A stretch of 64,000 nucleotides of DNA from Takakia lepidozioides (GCA_030704615.1 CM060731.1:70122001-70186000); one strand, 5' to 3'; counted from the stretch's first letter, positions 1 to 13,521 are shown. Translations and numbers: made by a program. The notes: generated by a model not told the origin, from the letters alone.

Positions 1-186
1 CATCTATCCATAGATTTCATCCAGCTGTTGATTTTGTATCCGTCCGCTGATTTCATCCAAGGAATACATGACCAACTTAAGTTTGGTACATGACCAACTT
101 GAGTTGGTAAATGATTCACTTGAAATTCAAATAGATGATACTCCATCCATAGACATTAATCTAGTGGGATCGCCACCCTCGATTGA

Positions 187-492
187 TTAGCATCTATGGT
201 CCATATTAACCCCTGTGCTCCAATTGAATTCCTCTTCCGTGCCATGTTGATGTCTTGAAGCAGCTAGTTGTAGTGTTATCTTGAGAGTCGTCTGCTGGTG
301 AGATCCTCCAGCAATATAGGCATATTTGCTTGCATTTGCTGATCCAAAAAGACGTCGATCCTGAATCATTATTGGCGTTGAAGACCACTCGTTGGATCCT
401 AGATCATACCTCCATACCATGTAGCCTCTAAAGCACTGTCCACAAACCAAAAGCTGTAACTCTTGGAACATGTCGTTGTAGCCACTCCTCAA
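187..492 (-). pseudogene. F-box/kelch-repeat protein fragment (SKIP11/At1g74510-like)
   Basis: LLVCG...VWRYDLGSNEWSSTPIMIQDRRLFGSANASKYAYIAGG is one kelch repeat typical of plant F-box kelch proteins. It degenerates immediately afterwards. Confidence 0.6.
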
Positions 493-2653
493 AGTCTTCT
501 TGAAGAAATCGTCATCCCATCTAGCTTGTGTGATAGCTATTCCAGCTCTGCCATTGCTAGAATTCCATTTTCTTTGTGATTTTCTACTATGATTTTGTAT
601 TGCACCCAGTAAAATATATACTAATGTACAGATAATACGTTATTTTAAATTATAATCCGAAAAATTGATCGACATATATGACGACCAATGGGGAACACTC
701 AACTCAAGTGTGAAGAAACCCAGAATCTCTGGTTGCACATTTTAAACTGAAAATATAACATTAACACTATTTGTTGGCTGTACAAATGTACATTGTTTTG
801 ATATGACTTCTTTAATAAATTTGTAAAACCATCCTCTCTCCTTCTTCGGAGAGAGTTTGAGTCCCAGATAAAAACGTTTCAAAACCATCCATTCTCCCCC
901 ACCGGACTGGGTTTGAATCCCCTAGATGATGGAAGAAGATATGATATGTGCTAGATTGGTTTCTAATTCTGCTACGGTCTTGGAAATACTTTGAGCCTGT
1001 GCTCGTATATCAGCGGGAAAAGTTTGGATACTTTCTGCACCTCAAAGGACCATATTCTGCCTATTTCTAAGAAGGACATCGGCTCAAACTTGGTCACTTA
1101 AATAACAATTCTGTTTCTAAAAGATCTCGGCTCGAACCCGGCCGGAGAAAATAGCAATGGAAATGATTGGATACTTTATGAGCTTCGGAGGACCTTACAT
1201 TGGAAATAAAAGGCGCACCATCTATATCTAAAACACGACTCACAGGGACTTCTCATGGATTTCGCAGAGTTCATGGTGAAATACTGACTTGGAAATGATT
1301 GGATACTATGAAGATCTTACTCAGACTTTTATTAGAAAATGTCGTAGGCCATTCTGGGTTTTTCCACGCCTGAAAACTTTTCCATTCATGTGAGGGAAGC
1401 AGCAACCACTGCTCTACAATCTCTCTTCTTACCCCCTCATTTATCTCTCACTGAAGTCTCCATAATGAGTATCAGAAATGCTTGGCAGCTTACCTACACG
1501 AGGCCTTGACCCTTAGGCAATCCCTTAAGCAGTAGTTGCTCTTGGGCTGATTTTTGGCTCTAGTTTTGCGGATGTTACTAGTTCCATTTCATTTAATTCT
1601 CTTCTTTTCCTGCAACGGGAATACTACTTATGCCCAGCTTGCACCAGGTGCAACCAGGGTATTGAAACTGAAGAACACTTCTTCTTTTAGTGCCCCTCTC
1701 TATTATGAGATTTGTGGGAGAATCCACTGTCTATTCCGTGGCTGCTTTTTGGTTCTAATTTTGTCATATAAAGTACCATTTCATTTTATTTCATTTCTTT
1801 GTTATGCGGTCTTGTTCAATAAGCTCTCAGGGATTCAATAAATTCCTTCATCTTCGGGGATATTGGAAATCTTTTTTCTAAGCTCTTCGAGGCTCCTATA
1901 GATGTTGATTTTTTTTTTCTTCCTCCATGGAATGCTTGGGGCTAGAGGTACAACACGATCACAGCTTCTATGTGCGTAAATACCCCTTTTTGTGCAAATT
2001 GAATGTAGTTCTCAGAATTCGTCGCTAGTAGTGCGGAGCAACATGAAGCCATAGTTCTAGCGACGACGACCGAAGGTCGGAAGCTAGTTTAGCGTAAAGC
2101 AGGAATAGGGTGCCATAGTGCCTGGTCATCGTCGCCACGTTTCGTCGGACCTGCCCGGACTGCCCGAAAATGTCATTGCAGCGCGAGGAAGGGATGACGA
2201 TACCCGACATCCTTGAGCGCGGAGGGGTTTCAAGCAATGTGGTGAGGCCTCTTGCATTTTGATCCGATCCTCGAAGGAGGAGAGAAGAAAGGAAGATTTG
2301 CATCGACGCTCATGTCCACATGACAGAATACCTATTTTGTATGAGAGACAGCTAAGATTTATCAACAACATGCATCATACAACAACCCATCTTGTCTAAT
2401 CTGATCTCTGTCACTCTTTGTTTGTTTGTTGTTGGGCGCGTTTCTCGTTCTCTACTCAGTGTGTAGGATTTCTCAATCTTGGCTCATCTGTTGGATCGGT
2501 TTTAAGCCCGAGCACTCGGACCTCTTCCCTCTTCCACGTCTAGTTGTCAGTATGTCGTCACTCACGTTCCTTTCAGTTATACCAAGAAATTGTGGAATTC
2601 TCACTCTTCAGATTTGAGACGGGAAACTGTTATGTGGGAACGCAAGTGCGGAT

Positions 2654-4470
2654 ATGGCGCAGGAGATGGATGGGACCAGTAAGTTTGCATCTGTCCATAA
2701 GTCTAGCGTGCTTGAAGCTTTTGTGTCGGTGGCTTGCTCTTGTAATACCTAATACTGATCGTTTCTTATTGAATGTGCATCGGGGCAAGATGGTATGCCT
2801 TTTACTTTCTTGAAGCGCTGAAAGGACAGAAAATGTTAAATTTGCATGTTGCCAACGAAGAGTTGGGGTTCTAGTTGTGAAGTGGTGATTGCTGACCTTT
2901 CTTGTCTATTGTTGCCCAGCTCTGCCTCGACATGTACCCTCTCTTCCTCCACACACATTCTCAAACAAAAAGAATTTTTAAAGTGAATACATTACACAGT
3001 CGCCATACCAAGTGGGAGGGAGACAAGGCATGCTAGTCTAGTCTGACAGGCGTACTGTGGGTTATGTGACTGACGGATAGGTGCACCATTAAGGGAAACA
3101 TCAGTGTTGGTAGTGGAGCTGGATTCTGGCGACTTTATGATAAGTGGCAAGTCTGGCAACACACATGGACACACAGATGATTGGTGTTGACCCCACCACT
3201 GGTGCTCTGCACTACAGAGGGAGGCAGGGATTGGATGTGTTTGCATCAGAAAGGGATGCACTACATTTCCTCACTATGTCAAAACGAACAGTGAAAAGCT
3301 GTGTCTATGCGAAAGCCATCTTAGGTTATGCTGCTTTGGGAAGCATAGGCTTGCTTTTACTTGCCACAAAGCTCAGAGTGTCTATACCCTGGAGCTACCA
3401 TGTGGTGACTGTGTGAACACAGTTGTTGAGAGTCAGTGCGGAAAGATCTCTCTGCGAAACCCCCAGTATAAAGTAAAGGGAGAGACCAAAAATGTAGCAG
3501 ATCTGGTGGATAGAGCAATTGACGGCTTGCATTACTTTTGTGAGACAAGGGATGTGACACGTCCATTTGCCAGCGACGCTTCTGTCGAGCAGCCTGACAA
3601 AGAATTTGTGTGGAACTTGTGGTTGTCTTCTCCTTTCAAGGCAATTGGGCTTGAGCACCACTGTGTGGTTTTCTTACAGGTATGCTCAATCTGTGTGTGA
3701 CTAGTCTATGTAGACAGGCGTCTGGGATTTGCTGTAGCAGTGCCAAACACTAATTGTTCGCTCTGTGTATTAGCAGGTGACATCCAGTGCAATTATCAGT
3801 GTCGGGTTTACTTGTGTGGGCAGTGAATTAGCATAGGCAGTAAGTTTTTGGTTTACTTGTGCGGGCAGGGTCTCGCAGAGTCGCGGTCATTCCCTGATGC
3901 CAAGGACCGACAAGTAACAGTGGCACTCACTGCCCGACGGAGCCGTCTGCATCCTGGCACTCGCTATTTGGCTTGTGGTCTGAACGGAGCATATAGCACT
4001 GGTTGGTCACTTCTCCTCTTGCTCTCTATGACTGTGACAGATGAGGGTGGGTTGAAGAGTGATAGTCTCCAATTGATGTTAGACAGAAACCTGAAATCTT
4101 CTTACCTTAAATCATTTGTCTCCGTCCCAGCCTGACAGTCATTGTACAAGAAAAGTGAGATTTGTGGATTAGACATATCAATGCAGGAGAAAATATTTGG
4201 TGAGGAGGATGGCTAGTGCCAGAAGGCTTGGACAGATTCTTTCTAACTTGTTGGTTTTTCCCATGGCTAGGCAATGAAGTGGAGTGTGAGCAGCTGGTGT
4301 GGCCTTCGCAGGTTCCACCTGGATGACCTCTTCCTTTCAGCATCTATTTGTGGCGAAGAGGGACGGTCCCCATTTGGTGGGGAGCTGAGATCAAGTCTAG
4401 CGTTGCAGAAGCGAAATATACGTGTCAGAACAGACCCCTATTTTGACGCAACAACTTATTATTTAGGCTA
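2654..4470 (+). pseudogene. SAC9: 5' part of SAC9 phosphoinositide phosphatase, frameshifted and truncated
   Basis: Exons 2654-2678, 3081-3680, 3870-4001 and 4272-~4470 with GT-AG borders. Peptides TSVLVVELDSG, DTQMIGVDPTTGAL, AKAILGYAALGS, HYFCETRDVTRPF, EFVWNLWLS, ARRSRLHPGTRYLA, GNEVECEQLVW and WRRGTVPIWWGAE match SAC9. Frameshifts near 3140 and 3390, in-frame TGA near 4324. Confidence 0.9.
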
Positions 4471-4489
4471 TTTCGTCGCTATGGTGCAT

Positions 4490-4790
4490 GGTTGCATTGC
4501 CAAAGCTGGAAATGTACCAGATGTGATTCTGAACAATACCCTTGTGGACATGTATGCCAAATGTGGGAGCATTGAGGATGTGGAGGGAGTGTTCAACAAT
4601 ATGGTTGAACGAGATTTGGTGTCATGGAACGCCATGCTTGCAGGTCATCAAGAATCTTCGAGTGTGTGGTGACTGCCACACCTCCACCAAATTCATCTCA
4701 AAGATTGTTGGCCGAGCAATTGTTGTACGGGACGCTAACCGCTGTCACCACTTTGAAGATGGGATTTGTTCTTGTGGTGATTACTGGTGA
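4490..4790 (+). pseudogene. PPR S-motif fragment joined directly to a DYW C-terminus
   Basis: [43 protein letters not shown] is followed in another frame by [48 protein letters not shown]. Confidence 0.9.
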
Positions 4791-4885
4791 AAGGATGTTT
4801 TCTTAGAAAGATGTGAGTGTCTTGCTTCATTCATTGATTTGTGTAGCTACTCAGACCATCCACCATTTCCTGGGAGTATTGACCA

Positions 4886-5242
4886 TCATGTACTGTTGAG
4901 TGCATTTCCTGTGGCATATCCACAGGAAATGATAGTCACGAAAAATCCGCACTCCCAACCAGAAGGTTGTTGAGGGACAGCTGGAGTCATCCACCGGTAC
5001 TTTTTGTACACCTCCCCCTCCACACTGCCCTCCGAATCTCCATGAATGACAGGCGCGATAATCCTTATGAATGGTTCGATGTCCTTCCAGAAATGACACG
5101 TTCCATTCAGCGAATCGAGGTGTGTAAATACCTCCGTCACTTTGTCGATGATGCACAAGCTCCAGTGAGATCTGCACCAACCAGCATTGACAAACATAAG
5201 GGCGAAACAGCACATCAGCATAGTAAAGATCGCCCGGACCAT
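4886..5242 (-). mobile_element. Ulp1-like (C48) peptidase fragment, probably DNA-transposon derived
   Basis: Catalytic motifs HWSLCII, HLDSLNG and PQQPSGWECGFFV. No introns. Lies in GC-rich TE-like sequence extending to ~5960. Confidence 0.7.
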
Positions 5243-5999
5243 AAGACAAACTTCTCAAGGGTTTTTTTGTTTTTTTGTTTTTTTTGTTTATTTTTTCATG
5301 AAGACGGATTGCAACTCTGCAGGACTGGAGGAGCCGACTGGAAACCCGGGGAGGTGTGGACCATTGCGTCAGAGTAGAATAACCGGGACGATGGCAGAGT
5401 GGAGGAACAGCAGATAGGATCATACAGCAGAACACCACGGAGATGACATTGGCACCAGAAGAATGATTCAGACTTGTCGACGATGGGCACCAAGATATAT
5501 CGACATTTGCGTATGTCTTTCCAAATGCCTTCAAGCGTGCTTTGCCGATTTTCTCCAGAACGCCAGCTCGGTCACTATGCCACCAGGATTTGACGTGTTG
5601 CCAGACCCACGGTCCCAGAACTCCTACAGCGCTTATAACATCTGGTGACTGCCAGAGGCTGTCCCATGTTCAATTTGGCCCCTATAGCCGCTCAAGGCGG
5701 GCATAGACATTTCAAATATCCGTGGTCGATTTGAATGGCCACCGTGGCAAAATGGTTCCATGTATGACGTTTCCACTGCGACGATGTTTCCACCTTGGCA
5801 AAAAAGATTCCATGTAAGATATTTTGGCGCGCTTCCGCGCCAGGTTCTGGCGCGTTTTCTCCCGCCGGGTTCGCGGGCTTCTTTCCTCGCCCATTTCTTC
5901 CCCCCAGTTCTCGCAACGTTTCTTACCATCTTGTACGCTTCCAGCAGTGTGCGTCGATACCCTGAAGCTCACCGATCATGTCCTAGAACAGGTGCTACT

Positions 6000-7733
6000 T
6001 TAATCTTATTCCTCATATCAAGCGGTTCAATATCATCAGACACTTGTTGTACGTTTGGCAAACGGTCCTCCAGAAGTCCTCCTTTATCCTCGTGATGGTT
6101 GCTAGATTCCATAATGAACTAGCAGTCTGAATTGTTGATCTTCGGCTGAGTGCTGAGTGCGGTCTTTTCCTCAGTTGGTCTAGACAGCTCTTGGAATCAA
6201 TTAAAGTCCAAGTTTTCAGCTCTTGATCCCTAAACAATCACATTTGTGTGTGGGACAGTTAACTTAATCCCTGGATAGTTCACAGGCCACCCCTGTTAGA
6301 ATCTGCCACTGGTCTAGCAAGGGGAAAGAGTTCAACCCTTTGGCTCCCTTGGATAAACCGATAATGCATTGGATTCAAGCCAACTCTTTCGCCCGAATAG
6401 GAAATGGGCAGATCCAAGATCTTCAAATCGACCCTGGTGAATGGGAGAGGAACTTAGATGGGGCTTGCTCTAAGTTCTTCTCCTACTCAACCAAGAAAAC
6501 ATACAGATCTCTCATCAAAGCAACAGGTCTAACTGCAAAGTGGAATGACAAATGGAATTTGGAAGGTTTTGATGAAGAGAATAGGGATATTATATGGGGC
6601 CTAGTATGGGAAAAAACAAAACCAGCAAAGCTCAGTGCTTTCCTGTGGCAGATCGCCAACAGGGTCCTTAAAGTTGGACAATTCCTAAACTTCCAGGAGG
6701 CCCTTCTTTGTACCTGTTGCCACATTGGAACTATAGAAACGATGGAGCACTGCCTAATTTCCTGCCAAGGACCAACCCTCATTTGGCCATATATTGTCTC
6801 CTTCTATGCAGGTTAGGGCAATCTCCCTGCAAGCAGAGTTGAGTTGCTCCTGAACTACAACAAGCAATCTAAATCAGTTGCAAACATCTGCCCAGTTTTT
6901 GAAACCCTGAGAGGAGCCACTCTATGGCAATTGTGGAAAGCTAGAAGCTCCTGGTCTATGCAACATCTTAACTCAACTGTATCTGCTGTGCTTACGAGGA
7001 TCTTCTTTGAACTCACAGTAGCAGCTAAGTTGGCATGGAAAAAAAATTGTGCAGGCATTACCAAGAAGCTGGAACGAGAACAGGCTCTCTTGCAGCAGTT
7101 CAATTCCACCTGGGGGAGAGGGGATCTCATCTGCTCCTGCAGGGGTCCTGACTCCTGTGTCTGGCCTCGGCAAATCCCCCCTCAATGGAGGGGACACCGA
7201 ACCCTCCTCTTCCGCTTCCCCAGAGTTTGACAAAACGGACATCAACTGGAAGCATGTGAGGACCTCCACGAAGACCAGGCTGGACTACAGCTCCTAAATC
7301 CCACAACACAGGCTCTACCACATTAAATCTATAGGCTCTTGTTCAGTTTATCTGGTGTATCAAAACCCCTCGATCATTTAGACTCGTAGTTTCATACCTC
7401 GTAGTCTAATGTGTATCTGACCTTAGAGACATCTCTAGGTTAGTTGACGTCATTGCTCTTAAGTCTCTCACGGAGCCAGTCTGCACTTCTTTAGCTCAGC
7501 TAATCGTATTACTCTGACTCAACACAGGGCCAGGTCTCACTTATTTAGCTTAGCTAATCGTATTGCTCTTCGGGATATCCGTCACGTTTATCGTGAGGCA
7601 AGCCTAATGGCGGCCAAAGGCCAACCAAGGGTTTTAATTTTTTCCCTTTAATAATCTCAATAAAATTCGACTACAGGGCACCTATCCCCATGTTCCCCCC
7701 CCCCAAGAAGAAAAAAAAAAAAAAAAAAAAAAA
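6000..7733 (+). mobile_element. 5'-truncated L1-clade LINE (ORF2 C-terminus with zf-RVT, 3' UTR, poly(A))
   Basis: IWGLVWEKTKPAKLSAFLWQIANRVL...CTCCHIGTIETMEHCLISC (zf-RVT), then LWQLWKARS. AATAAA near 7658 and poly(A) at 7711-7733. The 5' boundary is approximate. Confidence 0.85.
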
Positions 7734-7736
7734 CCT

Positions 7737-7903
7737 CTTTCATAGTAACCTCGCCTGGTGGCGCCAAGCACAAGGCTCTAGGACACCGCCCACCTGAATG
7801 GGGAGAAGATTATGCCACACCCGACAAGGTAGCAGGATTTGAACCCAGAATCATCTGATGATTTTGGATGGCACTCAGTGCTCTATCCAACTTAGCTACT
7901 GAC
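7737..7903 (-). mobile_element. tRNA-derived SINE (family A)
   Basis: On the minus strand, A box TAGCTAAGTTGG (7898-7887) and B box GGTTCAAATCC (7845-7835), no pairing acceptor stem, followed by a non-tRNA body. Confidence 0.6.
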
Positions 7904-8161
7904 TGATGGTTCAATATTCTTTGTGTTGCCATTTGTTCAGGGTATTGTAAACGGTTCTCTCGACGTCTCTTGCGTCATTGCATTTTGCTAAACGAGAGCA
8001 TTTTTTGTGTTCCAAGGGGTCGAAATACAACAAGCAAGATTGGACACGATTTTACTAAATGACCTGAAATACCGGGTAAGTAATCTCATCACTCTCTCCA
8101 CTTCTGTCCGATGCATGCACGCGTCGAGGTCGTTTGTATTGCTTCGCACTGCACACGCTCT

Positions 8162-11100
8162 ATGGCAGAACTCTTTCAGAAGACAGTAGTGCTTCGTGCA
8201 TACTCCCCTATCTCTTTTAATGACGGCTTCAAAAAACTGCATGTTGACCTCAATCTAGAGGAATTCGGCATACCTCAGGCTGCGCCTATCGATGATCCGG
8301 ACAACTCGCACCATATCGCAAAGCTTTGCTCTAGACTAAGCTCCCTTGCAGGTGGTTCAGCTTGCGTTGCGACTCCTTATGTTGGAGCCACAATCTACGC
8401 AATCTGTGAGGTGCTCTTTAGTTTCCCTTTCGCACGTGGGAATTGTCAGCGAAGCAGAAACGCTTGCACTTTATACGTTTTTAAGATTGGAAATCATCTG
8501 AACACCAGACTGACCGTATGACACTCTGAAACACACTTTGCACTGGTCTACTCTATGTTACCATGTTGACTATGAAGATCAACAGTAAAGTATGCGGAAA
8601 ACTCCAGCTAGTTTCTGCCAAATTTTTCGCCAGATCGGCTTGTACCAAGTTTTGTTGTTGTTGCTATAGCAGTATTCTGAATGAATACTGAATGTATAGA
8701 TCTACATCGATTGGAGACAGGGGGACATGAAGAAAACCTTGGGACATGCAATAAACAAAGAGAGAAAGCTCCAGGTTAAACTTTACGAGTTTGGTTCATA
8801 GTAGTTCCATTCAGATCCTGCTAATCACATGCCGTGTCTAATCTTTTTCCACGCTTATATTGTTTTCTAGCGCGGTTATAACGGCCTTAATTCCAAAGGC
8901 AAGTCACAGTATCTGATGGCTTCCAATTTCTGGTGAAGGATGTGAAGATATCGATTGATAAGGAGGCCGACGACACTGTAACTGCCGGGCTTCTGTTGCG
9001 GAAAGCACTGCAGTTTGATCTCCTTTCAGTGCTAATCCAACAAGGGTGGATGGCATTGAATGGGGACTTGCTCGTGCACAAGAATCTTGCTTCATGTGAT
9101 GAGGGGCAACCAGTCGAAGTAATCTCAATGGTAAACACTTGCTATATGACAGCATCTTAACGCTTGGATCTGTGAAGTGCTGCTCGCCAAACCTTATAAT
9201 TTGTTGCTGGGAGTCAAGCCATAGACCCCTGCTAATTAATAGAAAATGCCTGTGTTATATGAGTGACCATTAACTAGGTTAGGATAAGAATAGGTCAGAA
9301 GGACATTTTTTTGCTTGGTTAATCCTGTCCCAGATGGCGTGAAGTTTGAGTAATAGAGGCCGTACGTGTTATTTGTACGTGCCATAATTATACAGCCAAT
9401 TCACACAGGTTGTGCAACTTGAGTCCAATGGTCAAATTCTCCTACTCGTATCACCGGATCTCATTCGCTTCCGGCGCTTTAAGGTAACATGCTCCGAGTT
9501 CTGGTATTCCCGCATTTTTCATTATGGATTTTCCTTAGTTCTAGTTTAACGTCATAGGATTGACCAGTGGAATGCATCTTTACATAAACAGGCAAATGCA
9601 TACACCTCTAATACTATTTGCTTGAATGCTGCTGTACTTGGACCTTCCTTGGACCTTGTGAAGTGTAAGTATATGTTGCTGTGGACCCACCTGGGCAGTA
9701 CCTGCAAGGGGAAGAGTCTCTCTTTTACTCTGAATTTGGTAGGCGTCATACCTTTCTATCATGGAATTGTAGGCACATGCAGGACTAAGTAGCTGATTAG
9801 TCCAGTTATGTCTTGAAGTTATCAATTCGGGAGCAATTCGGGGCTAAATTAAATATTATTTAGAGCTTTGACAGCCATCGGCAAAGCTTTTACAGTGACT
9901 AGCTGCTATCTATTACAATATGATGCAAAGGATATGTTCGGGCAGGTGATGTCAATTTTGTCCGAAGCTTTGTATCAACTGTTTGAGGACGGATACGAGG
10001 TAGACTTGGGGAGTTGGATATTGCGTCAAACAGGAGACACGATCCATGGAATCAAATGTTTTGTTGTGCCTATTATGATGGATGGATATGTAGTGGGTAA
10101 GATGAAGTTCTTCTGACCAATCTCCATATCTGTAAGATCTGACCAATCTCCACCTGTATGCTTCCTCAACCTCCTTGCCATACACTACTGTAGCCTAATC
10201 TGCAATGCAAAGCAATGTGCTGTGGTTGGTACCTCCATGCCTTTTTTGGTCGTCACATGAGTGAAGCACGAACATCAGTCCTTCAGCCAGCTTATTCCAC
10301 AGTTGCTCCTTTTGACTTCATAACAGCCTTCTAGTGTGTTGAGAGACTTTGGGATGGTTGCAAGGTAACCAAGGTAGTGACCAAGTTGGTGTCGTCCGTG
10401 ACTCACTGGCCAATAGTTAGCTTGATTAGAGAAACTCAAGGGTTGCTGTCATTACTGCTTCTGTGGTTATAACAGTTTCTCCCACAATGTAGGCTGCAGT
10501 AAGACCCTTCCAGATGATGCCAGGTTTCAAGAATCTCAGGAGCTCTGGCTATACAAAGTAAATCTCGAATTCTTACTCCTTAGAAGCACTAAGATCTTGC
10601 TAATTTACCTTGAATGACATCTCTCTCACCATGTTGCAATGCCCGCTTCGTAAGGCAAGCTGAATCTCCTGTTCCATGTCCCAGTATGGGCTGGTGTTGC
10701 CGGAGAGTTACTTCTACATCAAAGTGTGCTCCACTCTGGACTCACCTCATGAGGAGGATGGGACATGGACTATGCCAGGACTTTGGTAGGCATTTATCCT
10801 CACATTTATCGTAAAATAATTTGCAAATGGTTAATTTATAAGTTCTCTTGGTTCTGTAGCAGTCCATTGAAGCTACTAGGCATAGAACTTCTTCATGTGT
10901 ATTTGCGGAATCATGGTAGTAATTGTTTGATTTGTATCAAAACTAAGAATGTCAGAGGAATTGTCTTCTCAGGTATCTCAGCACTTTTTAGTTGCAGACT
11001 TCCCCGGTTGTTGTTCCTGCCATGAAACTCATTGTCCTTTTTCACTAACAAACAGGTATCCCTCATGTTGTGTTTTCACACGAGCTGGCCTGATGCCAGT

Positions 11101-13429
11101 TGCTCCATCCATTCGGTCCTCCAAGGTTGCTTCGGTTCTTGAGCATTTTATAACAGATGCTCAAGGTTTGAATCTAACTCTTCTCATGGCATATTTGAAA
11201 ACAGCTATAAGTTCATGTGCTAGATGGTTTGTGAAATAACTTCTGAAACATATGGATTCCACGTTCTCTGGCTTGATGGGGCAATGTGATCCATCAAACA
11301 ATTTGAATGGCTTTCAGGATATATCAAATTTCCTCTAGAGTGTGGGCAGACATCAGGGTCTCTTGTGACATAGTTTATGCACCATCCTCTCATCTCCTTT
11401 GACCCTCACCTTCTGTACAGCCTGGAATTTCTTCAACAAAGGAGGCCTCAGCTTTGAGGTGCTTCAGCCATCCCACCACTGTGTTTGTTTTTGTGTAGTG
11501 TTTTGAAGCTTCTTGAGTGACACTTGTTTATGCAGTCAGGCAGGGAAATACCGTAGTTTTGGAAAGTTGATAATTCAGGATCACACTGTGTAAAGCTTTG
11601 CATGTCTTGCTCTCTGCTATTTGGAATTTATTGAAACCTCACCCATCTGAGTGGTGTGCTGCATTAGAGTTGCTACTCATTCCCTAGTAAGTTGTCCTGA
11701 TGCTTTGATTCTGAAAGTGACTTTGGCTGAAAGTTGTCAAATTGCCAGGTTGTTTCACTTGCTTCCACTTCGACAGAAGCCTCTGCTTGGGTCACTGCCA
11801 AAGCAGCACTCACACCCTTATCAGGAAGGAGAGAAAGTCAGATAAGCAGCTCCACTGACAGCCGGCCTTCTCAATTTACATCAGCAGCTTCTCTACTTCC
11901 AAAGGATATGCTTCGCGACATATCCAGTATGCTCTCACTTAAATTTCCAAAAGCATCTGCCACTACTTTGTGTAATGCTTAATAATTCTCTGTTGGGATG
12001 TTGGCTTGGAGGAAAGGGATTTCATTACCAAGTATCGGTATTAGAGGTTATGCATTGTCAATGTTTCCATTATATTCTTTAGTTCTCCAGGATAATCGAC
12101 ACCGGCAGACACTGTCTGTATCAAGCTCTTCATTCAGTGTCTTCTGCAGCCTAACTTCTGCCTTCCTGTTCTACACAGTATCTGCATTAATCAGTTGAGT
12201 GTAGTCCTCCCTCTGACTCTCTTTTAGCATGGTTCTGTCTAACGCATTTTTTCCATGCTAATGAGTGTTTTGCAGAGTATAGGAGGCCTAAGATTGTTTT
12301 AAATGAAGCTACATCAAAGAAGAAGGATGAGAATTCAGAGTATTGTGATGAGTCGGAGCAAATACAGCGTACTGTTCATGCAAATCTAAAATACTGTGTG
12401 CCTTCAACACAAAAGTTGGGTGTGCCTCATTTCACAGCTCGTAAATCTATGCAACCTGCTGAATGTCCATCGTATGTGTTACCCAAGAGCACTACTGGAA
12501 AGCGTAGGAGAGACTCGGGAGCTCCAACCTCAAAAAAAGCCATGTGTACAGGGAGTACTCAATCCACTGTTACTGCTGGGGAGACAACCAAACAGACTTC
12601 TCACCGTCCACAGGCCTCCGGTAAGAAAGAGATGAAAGGCCCCACAACAACAGCCATATGCAACAATGTTGAGGTCCGGTCCACACCTGCTGCTGCTGCT
12701 GCTGAGGCTATCAAAAAGCCTGCTGCTCGTCTGATGGCTTCCAGTAAGGCAGAGAGGGAAGCTGCAACACCCAAAACTATCATACCTATGGAGGCCCAGA
12801 GCGCCCCAGCTGATACAAAGGCTGCTACAAGAAAGTCCAAGCGTGGTCCAAGGGCTGCTGCCACAGAAATTGACAGTACTATGATTGCTGAAAAGGTACC
12901 GAATGTTTGTATACACAAAGGGCTAACTCAAATTGCTGCATCAGATTGACAAAGGTGACATGTTTGAAATCTACCTGTGGCCTCCACTTGTGTGAGTTTC
13001 CTTTGAATGATCCAGTCAGGTATGCCACTCATTTCACACCCCACGTCTCCCTTAAGGGATGCTTGGGCAGTGGGTCGGTACTATGTAGAGGGTTCTCCGT
13101 AGTATCTGGGTTCCTTCTATTCACTTAATGAGTGTGTCCAGATTGATCGATGTTGTTACCACAAAGGACAAATTGTTCTAATATGCTATAAATGATATCT
13201 CTAACTCCCTCAAACGGGCAGCATCAGGCCTGGTGCTGTCTCTTACTTATCCTACTTGTGTTCTTTTGCATGGCATCTGATTGGTCAGGTCCAAAGCAAG
13301 TATGCTGAAGGCAAGCTGAAGGATCTGACAGTCAATGAATTGAAGAACTTTCTTAGCGCACAAAAGGTCAAGACAAGTGCGAGAAGGAAGGACGAACTAA
13401 TTGAACGAGTGGTTCAGCTGCTGAAGTGA
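8162..13429 (+). CDS. C18orf63/DUF4708-like protein with C-terminal SAP domain; exons 8162-8410, 8721-8774, 8939-9130, 9409-9483, 9946-10096, 10493-10557, 10685-10785, 11056-11165, 11421-11458, 11749-11927, 12276-12895, 13289-13429
   Basis: Phase-compatible GT-AG exons give an open frame. CFVVPIMMDGYVVG-CSKTLP..FQESQELWLYK-YGLVLPESYFYIKV..YPSCCV..VLEHFITD resembles C18orf63 as recalled (CYVLPSMKMG..FQRHWDALYGYKLP..YPLSCI..VLKSFLSD). The last exon GKLKDLTVNELKNFLSAQKVKTSARRKDELIERV is a SAP motif. Confidence 0.7.
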
Positions 13430-13521
13430 CATGTCTGAGCATACTCTGCTCTAATTTGGGGTCGTGACAGGTAGGGGTTGGGTTGTGGAAAAGTATGATC
13501 AAGTGTGGAACATGTACTCAC

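Noticed and set aside
2024-2033. CACTA transposon terminus
   Set aside because: No matching opposite terminus or subterminal repeats identified.
7828-7903. tRNA gene
   Set aside because: A and B boxes are present, but the acceptor stem does not pair and no clean anticodon arm is evident. Treated as a SINE.
7941-8075. First coding exon of the DUF4708-like gene
   Set aside because: No frame is both open and clearly homologous. The ATG at 8162 gives a better-matching, phase-consistent start, so this is more likely a 5' UTR exon.
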